A stretch of 64,000 nucleotides of DNA from an uncultured Phycisphaerales bacterium (GTDB lineage: Bacteria > Planctomycetota > Phycisphaerae > Tepidisphaerales > Tepidisphaeraceae). Location: the NCBI GenBank assembly GCA_963755915.1, contig CAVWLP010000003.1, positions 96,001-160,000 of the forward strand. The letters run 5' to 3'. The notes under the pieces are model-generated. The model was given only the letters and a program-made list of their open reading frames with translations. It searched no databases and was not told the DNA's origin. The stretch's first letter is position 1. The number at the start of each line of letters is the position of its first letter. A program made the translations under genes and the position numbers. Shown here piece after piece: positions 56,158-64,000 of this stretch.

Positions 56158-57168
56158 CTACGCCGTTACCCTCCGCAGTTGCTCTTGCAGGAACTCTGGA
56201 TTCTGGGTCAGGTGTTGATAATGGCGGGCCAACATGCTGGTGTCTCTATGCCCCAGCAGCGTTGCCACTGTGATGCTGTCAACGCCGCGCATCAGAGCGT
56301 GCGTCGCGAAAGAATGCCTCAAGGCATATAGGCTATATCTCACGCCCATCCGCTTTTTGAGGCGATCAAAGCGGTTGTTGGTGGCATCGGTGGTCCAGGG
56401 CACGCCATTGACGTTACGGAAAATCGGACCCCGGGGGTTTTTCTCCATCAGCCGCCGCGTAATTTCCAGCGCCTTGGGTGTCAGGTAAACGACGCGCGGA
56501 AGCTGATTGCCCTTTGACTCCGATGCCGGAAAGAACCAGCGGCTCTTAGCCACATCGACGTGACGGGCCTCAACGCGTAGCGACTCCTGTGGGCGACAGC
56601 CGGTCTCCCAAGTAACCGTGAGCAAGTCCTTGAACTGCTGGTCGCGTGTGCGTCCGAGAATTGATTGGTATTCCGCGGGACTAACCACTTGCTCCCTGCG
56701 GCCACCGCCCGGCTTCTTGAAATGGGCCAGGGGTGAGCGGGAGACGTACCCCTGCTCTTCCGCCCAGTTCATCGCACGGATGATGGTGCGGCAGTAATTT
56801 CGCTTGGAGCCGTTCGACAATTCGGGGTAGCCATCGATCCACTTCTGCACGTGGAACGGTTTGAGCTGCCCCAGACGCAGATCGGGTGGAATCGCGTCGA
56901 GAAACAACTGCAAGCGGTCCTTATACCAGCGGTACGTGTGCGGGTTACGGTGCTGGTGGACGAAGTCCAGGAACGAATCGATCACGACAACAACAAGCCG
57001 CGTCGCCTCGGCGGCAGTAACCGACGGCGCCGATGGCTTGCTGGTCAACTCGTGCCATGCGGCAAAGGCCGCACTTTTCTCAGGGCCCAGATTGATCTGT
57101 CTGCCCTCATGCCAAACATACCACAGCCCGCGTGAGGGGCGATAGAAGGGCTTCCGGAAACGCGCCAT
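56158..57168 (-). CDS. int: Tyrosine integrase
   Basis: TGCRPQE, K, YALRH, LLGH, RHY; adjacent to tRNA. Confidence 0.95.
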   Translation of the reverse strand: MARFRKPFYRPSRGLWYVWHEGRQINLGPEKSAAFAAWHELTSKPSAPSVTAAEATRLVVVVIDSFLDFVHQHRNPHTYRWYKDRLQLFLDAIPPDLRLGQLKPFHVQKWIDGYPELSNGSKRNYCRTIIRAMNWAEEQGYVSRSPLAHFKKPGGGRREQVVSPAEYQSILGRTRDQQFKDLLTVTWETGCRPQESLRVEARHVDVAKSRWFFPASESKGNQLPRVVYLTPKALEITRRLMEKNPRGPIFRNVNGVPWTTDATNNRFDRLKKRMGVRYSLYALRHSFATHALMRGVDSITVATLLGHRDTSMLARHYQHLTQNPEFLQEQLRRVTA

Positions 57169-57314
57169 AGCAAACCTCCAGGTAGCGCAGGCGGCCGGAA
57201 GTTGCTGTGGACTTATGGCGAGTTGCAGCTCACCGGAAGTAATTTGGTGACAGAATCGGTGACATTTCAGGTTCGGCGAAAAATATCGCTGCTCTAACCT
57301 GTTGTCTTAAAAAG

Positions 57315-57388
57315 CGTTCCCGGCGGGGCTCGAACCTGCAACCTTCGGCTCCGGAGGCCGACGCTCTGTCCAATTGAGCTACGGGAAC
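57315..57388 (-). tRNA. tRNA-Arg(CCG); CCA not encoded
   Basis: Acceptor GTTCCCG/CGGGAAC; anticodon arm TCGGC-CTCCGGA-GCCGA; GGTTCGAG T-loop. Confidence 0.97.
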
Positions 57389-57615
57389 TCAAAGCCCAAA
57401 GCCTATCCAGCGTCCCCTTATTCATCAAGACAACGCCGCCAAGCGCCTGCAAGTAGAAGCGGCGTCCCACCGCTTGAATTTCCCCGAGCGGCGTGACGCC
57501 GGTTCTACACAATCCACAAAAATCCAGATATGCATACCAGATATGACATTTGGCCCAAAACCCCTACCCCATCTCCCCCAAACCCCCCAGCTTGTTGCGG
57601 AGTGTTACCTTTTGT

Positions 57616-59105
57616 TAATCCCGTTCGGCACGCAGGCTTCATCGGAGCATTCCAAAGCTGTGGAGGACGCGAAACAATTGAAGCTTAGATACTTTTACTT
57701 TCCCCTGCTGCACGCCGGCGTCCGCAAGAGCGCAGCATCAACCGCGAGGTCTCCGCGGCGACGGATTCCCCTTCAGTTTACTCCCAGTTTTTTCAAGGCC
57801 TCCGCTCTTGCCCTCAGCTTAATCCCGGTGTTATCCGGCTTGTTCAGGAATCGAAGCACGTCCTGTTCCTCGGCCAGCCCCAGCAGATACCAGCCGATCA
57901 TGTTCCGCATCGCCTTGTTCGGCTTCCTGCCGCTGATCAGCTGAATCAGCACGCAGACGATCAGCGCGCAGTGGATTTGGATGTCGATCCCCTCCTGGCG
58001 TTGGCTCAGCAGGTGACGCATGCCCAGCAGTTGCTTGAAGATCCGGAAGAACAACTCAACGGTGTAGCGGTACAGATAAATCAGGGCGATCAATTCCGCC
58101 GGCAGGTCCAGCAGGTTCGTGTACAGGATGATCAGGTCCGTCGGCTTGTTGCCGCTGCGCGTGCGGCGCGGATGGGGTTTCACCTGCACTTCCACCCGTC
58201 GCACCACCCTATCCGCCGCCGTCTCCAGGCCGTCGAGTTTCACCAGCGCGTCTCGCACCACGCCGCCGTCCAATGCTTCCTGTGAAAGCAATCGTTCTTC
58301 AAACAGCTCAAACACCGAGTTTTCCGCGGCCCGCATCACAAAGGAGCTTTGCGCCGCGGCGATGTCCGCAAAGAGGCTCCGGTCGGCGTAGCCGCCGTCT
58401 CCTACATAGCACCGTCCTGCTTCCAGGCTGCGCCGCAGGACGTTGTTTTCACGGTTGGCCCCCGCGTTGCGAGCGCCAGTGCGGTCGAGGCGATGGACTT
58501 TGAACGTCTCCAGATCGAATTGAACGTGCAAACGCCAGCCATAGACCGCTTTCCCGTCCCGGGAGGTGTTGTAGTGCGCATCGATGCCGCAAGCGGATTT
58601 GGCCAGCCGACTCAGCGCCGTCAGCACCGTCCCGTCGACCAGCGTGATCGCCTGCCCAAAGTCCGCAAGACGCGGATCGGGCGCCTGGGGCAGTTCCCCC
58701 GCCAATTCCTCAATCAGCGGCGTCAAACGCCCCGGCTCGAACACCCGAACCGATTCAGAGAAACTGCCCACGGAAAAACGCTTAATTCCCAGCGCCTTGG
58801 CCACCTTGGGCATTTCAGCAACCTCCTGAAGATCCCGCAGGGATTGGATCAGCGGATTCCAGGTGTAAAGCAAAACCAGCTTGCAATAATCGTCGAAGTG
58901 AAGCTGGCGGTTCCCGGCTCGATCCCGCTCACAGCCCACATCCCGCAGCGTGGGCAGCAGCGCGAAGACGCGCCGCAGATGTCCGAGGCACAGGATCTCT
59001 TTTTCCTTCAGTCTTGCCTGCACGTCCGGCAGCATGCCATAAAAAGATCAAAGGCGCAATCTCAATATCTTGCTGCTTGCGCGAACCCCGTGCCGAACGG
59101 GATTA
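57616..59105 (-). mobile_element. IS4-family element, copy 2, with 9-bp target-site duplication
   Basis: Same IRs as copy 1; ACCTTTTGT at 57607-57615 and 59106-59114. Confidence 0.96.
57773..59035 (-). CDS. IS4-family transposase
   Basis: Differs from copy 1 at two residues seen (L/M, N/D). Confidence 0.95.
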   Translation of the reverse strand: MLPDVQARLKEKEILCLGHLRRVFALLPTLRDVGCERDRAGNRQLHFDDYCKLVLLYTWNPLIQSLRDLQEVAEMPKVAKALGIKRFSVGSFSESVRVFEPGRLTPLIEELAGELPQAPDPRLADFGQAITLVDGTVLTALSRLAKSACGIDAHYNTSRDGKAVYGWRLHVQFDLETFKVHRLDRTGARNAGANRENNVLRRSLEAGRCYVGDGGYADRSLFADIAAAQSSFVMRAAENSVFELFEERLLSQEALDGGVVRDALVKLDGLETAADRVVRRVEVQVKPHPRRTRSGNKPTDLIILYTNLLDLPAELIALIYLYRYTVELFFRIFKQLLGMRHLLSQRQEGIDIQIHCALIVCVLIQLISGRKPNKAMRNMIGWYLLGLAEEQDVLRFLNKPDNTGIKLRARAEALKKLGVN

Positions 59106-59229
59106 ACCTTTTGTACCGCATACCTCCCGACCCAAAAAATCATCGCCCCACCCCAACTCGCGCTATTCGGGAGAATTCATGATCATTATTCTCCGCGCTC
59201 TCTGCATACTCCGCGGTAAGTAATCCGGT

Positions 59230-60713
59230 TCAGTTATCCCGCGCCTGTGCCACCGCCAGCGCATGTTCATCGATCGCGCGAACGATCCGTTCCTGCAAAA
59301 TCTTCGCGCTACTATTGGACTTGTCAGGAATCCCGTTGAACATAATGCTGAAGCAGTACGTATTCGCATCCTTCGCGTGCAGATACCCACTCAGGCAGCT
59401 CACCCCATTGACGAACCCCGTCTTGGCAATCACCCGCCCGCGCAGATCCGACCCACGAAACCGCTCCGCGAGAGTGCCGTCTTCCCCGGCCACCGAGAGA
59501 GATTGCATCCACACCGCACTGTTGGCGCTGAAATAATCGTGCGTCAGCACGCTCACCATCACGTGCGGGCTGATCGCGTTGTTGTGTGAGAGGCCGCAGC
59601 CATCAGTCAGCGAGAATTGCGACGATGGAATCTCCAGCGACTTAAGGAACCCCCCTACCGCAGCAGTGCCCGCCGCCCAGGTCCCCTGCCCGAACTTGGC
59701 GAAGCCGAGCCGCTTGCAGAGACACTCGGCGTAAAGGTTCATGCTGTCCTTATTCGCCCGATCGATCACGCTCGTCAGCGGCGTCTCATGCAGCGCCAGC
59801 AGCGTCCACGACGAATCCCCCGCCCGCGCCCGGCAATGCAAGCCGCCCGCATCGTCCGATCTCGCCGCACCTGCCCGCTCAGCGCGATGCCCGCCGATCG
59901 CAGACATTCCGCCAAAACCGCCCCCGCATACATCGGCGGATCATGAACCGTCACCGAAACCGGAACATCATTCGCAAACCGCGCCGTCCCCCGAAGAATC
60001 AGGTTATTCGTCTCCGGCTCCCGCGAAAGCCACACCGAATTGTCCGCCCCGGTCACACAGCTATTCTTGATCGAAACGTACGACGTCACCGGATCAGTCG
60101 TATATTCGATGAGGCGTCCATAACTGGTCGGCCGCGCGTAGATGTCCAGGCAATTCGCATTGAGATTCAGCCCGGCGATTTCGGCCATGTAGCGCTTCTC
60201 GGTCTGATCGGCCGGCCAGTCGGGATGGACGAATTGATCGTCAAAGACGCTGTCATCCACAATCAGGTCTCGCGCCGACCGAAACTGCTTTTGAACCAAT
60301 CCCGCCGCCCATGATTTGAAAACGGTATCGACATCCCACCCATATTTTTTCAGCATCTCCGCATCGCCCAGGGTCGGATCGCCGTCGCCGATGAGTACCA
60401 GGTCGCCATTGTGACCGAGCAGCAGCGTGCGAAACTTGAAACCCGCCCCAAGCTCCTCGAGCGCAGCGGACGTAGTGATCACTTTGAGATTACTCGCGGG
60501 AACCAGCGGCGTAGAAGCATTATGGCGATAAACCGGCGTCACATCGCCGTTGGAATTTCCCAGCCGAACAATGTCGATGCCAACGGTCGCCCGATCGAGC
60601 AGCTTATCGGCGGTAATCTGATCGACCTCGCCGGCAAGATCCGCGCGGGTGTAAGCGGGTATCAACAGGAGTGTGGAAAGGATTGCCAGAGCGGCGAAGA
60701 TCGACGATTTCAT
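59230..60713 (-). CDS. dacB: D-Ala-D-Ala carboxypeptidase/endopeptidase PBP4; frameshift near 59845
   Basis: PASNLK (SxxK), SMN (SxN), KTG, DGCGLS, GDGDPTL. Confidence 0.93.
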
Positions 60714-60939
60714 CCGTGAAACCTCCGGGGACAACGTAAACTCCTTTTGGCAACTACCTTATCGGGAAAGTGATGCGAGACAAGTGAATCGCCGAAGGAA
60801 ATCCTGAATTTGAGATTTTGATAATCTTGCGTCGCCCCCATCCGCTTCTCTCCACAGCGGCTCGGAGCCGCCGGGCCGTTGACATAACCTCAAGCCGCTA
60901 CGTATCGTTATGTCAAACTGTCTCCAGGAGCGTTGGGCT

Positions 60940-61332
60940 ATGGCGGTGCAGATGGAACTTCACAAAATCATCATCAGCGATGTGGGGGATTCGCAGGTGA
61001 TCGTGCTGAAGGAAGTCGACGGCGAGCGCAGCTTTCCGATCCTCATCGGCAGCAAAGAAGCGGAAGCCATCGACCGGCGTCTCAAGGGCCTTTCAACGCC
61101 CCGCCCGATGACCCATGAGCTTCTGGCCAGCGTCATCGAACAGCTTGGCGGAACGATCGAGCGGATCGAAATCAACGACCTGGCCGATCACACGTTCTTC
61201 GCCCTGATTCACATCCGCCAAAATGGCGAGGTCTTCCAGATCGACAGCCGGCCGAGCGACGCGATTGCCCTGGGCATCGCGACGACGGTACCGATTTACG
61301 TCGCGGAACATGTGCTGAATGCGGTGGCGTAA
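60940..61332 (+). CDS. Bifunctional nuclease family (DUF151)
   Basis: FPILIG..EA, RPMTHEL, IDSRPSDAIAL. Confidence 0.93.
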   Translation: MAVQMELHKIIISDVGDSQVIVLKEVDGERSFPILIGSKEAEAIDRRLKGLSTPRPMTHELLASVIEQLGGTIERIEINDLADHTFFALIHIRQNGEVFQIDSRPSDAIALGIATTVPIYVAEHVLNAVA

Positions 61333-61344
61333 ACGCATCCACGC

Positions 61345-61373
61345 TTGTCCCATATTAGCAATTTTGCTAACCT
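61345..61373 (+). promoter_or_regulatory. Toxin-antitoxin promoter with operator-like palindrome
   Basis: TTGTCC-17 bp-TAACCT; TTAGCAATTTTGCTAA at 61355-61370; leaderless ATG at 61380. Confidence 0.65.
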
Positions 61374-61379
61374 GTCATT

Positions 61380-61754
61380 ATGCCTCAAACGCCGGTGGTT
61401 TTCTTCAGGGAAACCGACGGCAATGTGCCGTTGCTTGAATGGTTGCATAAAATCCCGAAGAAAGCCTCCGCGAAATGCATCGTTGCCATCGAACGACTCA
61501 GCCAGATGGGATATGAACTGAGACGTCCAGAGGCCGATACCCTGAGAGACGGCATATACGAATTACGGGTCGGCTTGCAAGGAATTCACTATCGCATGCT
61601 GTATTTCTTTGATGGGGCTTCGGTGATCGTGCTATCTCATGGACTAACCAAAGAACGTATCGTTCCCGTGCGTGGGATCGAATTGGCGATTCGGTGCAGA
61701 AACGAATATTTAAAGGACCGGCAAAAGCACACATTTCGACGGGACTTAAAATGA
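61380..61754 (+). CDS. higB: RelE/HigB-like (Gp49) toxin
   Basis: LRRPEADTLRDGIYELR, YRMLYFF, LSHGLTK. Confidence 0.88.
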   Translation: MPQTPVVFFRETDGNVPLLEWLHKIPKKASAKCIVAIERLSQMGYELRRPEADTLRDGIYELRVGLQGIHYRMLYFFDGASVIVLSHGLTKERIVPVRGIELAIRCRNEYLKDRQKHTFRRDLK

Positions 61755-62071
61755 CGAAGAAAAAGACTTCAACCACGGACGCTATTGCCATCCTTCACCG
61801 AGAGTTCCTGGCGAGTGACAGCGCCATGCGCGCGTTGGTTCAGGAGGCTCGGATGGAGTCCGATATAGCGCGGCAAATTCGGCAGCTTAGAGAAAAAGCA
61901 GGATTAACCCAGCGACAACTTGCGGCGCTTGTGAAGACCACCCCGTCTGTAATCAGCCGATTGGAATCCGCGGATTATCAAGGACACTCCCTGGCAATGC
62001 TGCATCGAATTGCGCTGGCGTTAGGGCGGCAATTGAAGATCGAGTTTATCGCCTCGAGGCGGTCCGCGTGA
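61751..62071 (+). CDS. higA: XRE-HTH antitoxin
   Basis: LREKAGLTQRQLA...SVISRLE; ATGA overlap with toxin. Confidence 0.88.
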   Translation: MTKKKTSTTDAIAILHREFLASDSAMRALVQEARMESDIARQIRQLREKAGLTQRQLAALVKTTPSVISRLESADYQGHSLAMLHRIALALGRQLKIEFIASRRSA

Positions 62072-62092
62072 TTTGTCGACGAGCCTTCAGGC

Positions 62093-63014
62093 TTATGCAT
62101 TCCCCAGCAACACCGCCAGCAACCCCTTTTTGAAATGGAGCCGATTGGCGGCCTGCTGGAAGACGACCGACTGTTTCCCCTCCATCACGCCGTCGGTGAT
62201 TTCCATTCCCCGGTAGGCCGGCAGACAGTGCATGACGATCGCATGATCCGGCGCGGCGGCGAGAAGTTTTTCGTCGATCACGAATCCGGAAAACACCTGT
62301 TGGCGGCGCTCTTTTTCCGATTCCTGACCCATGCTCACCCAGGTGTCGGTGTAGATGACGTCCGCTTCTTTAACCGCCTCCGCAGGGCTGTGGGTGGTCT
62401 GGAAATCCATCTCGGGAACCTGCGACATGATTCGGTCCATGTCGGCGGTGGGCAGTTCGTAGCCGGCGGGCGAGGCGAGGATGAAGCGAACGCCCAGCTT
62501 GCCGCAGACGACGGAGAGGGAGCGGGCGACGTTGTTGCCGTCGCCGATGAAGGCCATGGTGCGGCCTTTGAGGTCGCCGAACTTTTCGCGCATGGTCATG
62601 ATGTCGCTCATCGCCTGGCAGGGATGGCTGTAATCGGTCAGGCCGTTGATGACCGGAACGGTGGCGTATTTCGCCAGGTCGAGCATGTTCTGATGGAGGA
62701 AGACTCGGGCGGCAATTCCGTCGCACATGCCGGAGAGAACGCGGGCCACATCTTTGACCGGCTCGCGCTTACCGAGGCCGACTTCATCATCGCGAAGCAT
62801 GACCCCCTGCGCCGCCGAGGTGGGCCATCGCCACGTCGAAAGCGACGTGGGTTCGCAGGCTGGGCTTCTCGAAGATCATCGCCAGGGTTTTGCCCTGGAG
62901 GATGGGATCGTTTTTTCCCGTTTGTTCGTGCTCGAGCTTCAGGTGCGCGGAGACGTCGAGCAAATGCTCAGTTTCAGCAACGCTGCATGACGCGATGGAA
63001 ATGAAATTTTTCAT
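62093..63014 (-). CDS. argF: Ornithine carbamoyltransferase; frameshift near 62800
   Basis: KPSLRT, HPCQ, GDGNNV, WVSMG, HCLP. Confidence 0.95.
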
Positions 63015-63044
63015 GGCGAGTTGCGGGTTTTGTCCAACTTGGTC

Positions 63045-63122
63045 AGTTGCGAGTCGCGAGATGCGCGTTGCGAGTGAAGACGATGTCTTTAACTCGCAAC
63101 TGGCGACTCGTCACTCGCAACT
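63045..63122. repeat. Inverted array of heptamers between argB and argF
   Basis: GTTGCGA-type units followed by TCGCAAC-type units. Confidence 0.75.
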
Positions 63123-63129
63123 CATCTCA

Positions 63130-64000
63130 TCATCTGACAATTTCTGTTCCGATACCGGCTTCCGTGTAAATTTCCAGGAGGAGCGCGTGGGGAATTTGGC
63201 CGTCGATGATGTGGGTTTTATTAACCCCGCCCTTGAGCGCGGCAAGGCAGGCTTCCACTTTAGGCAGCATGCCGCTGGTGATGACGCCGCTTTTGACCAG
63301 CTCATCGATCTGGCCGGCGTTGAGGTGACGGACGAGGCTTTCGGGGTCGCGGGGGTCGGTGCGAATGCCGTGGGTGTCGGAAACGACGACCAGCTTTTCG
63401 GCCTTCATGGCGGCGGCGACGGCGCCGGCGGCGGTGTCGGCGTTGACGTTGAGCTTGTTCCCGGCCGCGTCGCGGGCGATCGTCGCGATGACGGGGATGG
63501 AGTCGGCCTGCACCAGGAGCTGCAACAGGCGGTTGTTGACGGCGGTGACTTCGCCGACGAGCCCGAGATCGATTCGGCGGCCGTCGGGGCCGGGGAGATA
63601 GGTTTTCTCGGCGAAGAGGACCACGCTGGAAAGGGAATGGAGGCCCATCGCCTCGCAGCCCTGGGTCTGGATGAAATTCACGATGAAGGCGTTGATCTCG
63701 TTGCAGAGCACCTGCTCGGCGATGGCGAGGGTGCGCTCATCGGTGTATCGGCGTCCCATCACCATCTGGGGTTGAAGTCCGGCAGTTTCCATCTTCTGGT
63801 TGATCGCCTTGCCACCGCCGTGGACAAGGATCGGCTGCATGCCGACGTAGTTCATGAAGACGATGTCGTTGAGAAGGTCGGTAAGGGCCTTCTCATCGTC
63901 CATGATTGAACCACCAACTTTGACGACGACGACTTTATTGTGAAATCGCTGGATATATCCGAGCGCCTCCACGAGTGCGGAGGCTTTGTCGATGGCAATT
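63130..64000 (-). CDS. argB: Acetylglutamate kinase (5' end outside window)
   Basis: VVKVGG, VHGGG, GRRYTD, NVNAD, GMLPK. Confidence 0.96.
   Translation of the reverse strand, partial: IAIDKASALVEALGYIQRFHNKVVVVKVGGSIMDDEKALTDLLNDIVFMNYVGMQPILVHGGGKAINQKMETAGLQPQMVMGRRYTDERTLAIAEQVLCNEINAFIVNFIQTQGCEAMGLHSLSSVVLFAEKTYLPGPDGRRIDLGLVGEVTAVNNRLLQLLVQADSIPVIATIARDAAGNKLNVNADTAAGAVAAAMKAEKLVVVSDTHGIRTDPRDPESLVRHLNAGQIDELVKSGVITSGMLPKVEACLAALKGGVNKTHIIDGQIPHALLLEIYTEAGIGTEIVR

Larger units (their letters stand above)
46769..57314. mobile_element. Island 1: degraded integrative mobilizable element
   Basis: att direct repeats, integrase, xis, ParB, coupling protein; repeat TTTGGTGACA(G)AATCGGTGAC near both ends (46908, 57243). 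Confidence 0.9.

Noticed and set aside
57474-57944. ORF sharing its C-terminus with 11329-12225
   Set aside because: The shared part is antisense read-through of the IS4 end.

Overview
GC-rich bacterial chromosome segment. DUF1559 prepilin/H-X9-DG proteins and a GDANLDG-type PEP-CTERM protein suggest Planctomycetota, probably Phycisphaerae (inference). About 15 otherwise normal genes carry single-base frameshifts, most likely long-read indel errors. Core-like genes: cheB-cheR, PAS kinase, sua5, capD-like, M28 peptidase, cbiX, pyk, beta-CASP RNase, ROK, GH31, dacB, argF, argB. Accessory content: (1) a putative operon of Tat-exported oxalate decarboxylase, porin and formate dehydrogenase; (2) a tandem stack of at least three islands at tRNA-Arg(CCG), with 3'-half copies at 46725, 40499 and 37976. 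The newest island has integrase, xis, ParB, a coupling protein and nested IS21s; the older ones lack integrases and carry glycan, toxin-antitoxin and peptidase cargo; (3) two inverted IS4 copies. The most unusual signals are small: a 24-bp frame-preserving micro-insertion family with a covarying stem (9 copies, one with an empty-site homolog in the window), an 86-nt covarying structure in the istB tail of both IS21s, and a 65-bp-period structured repeat.
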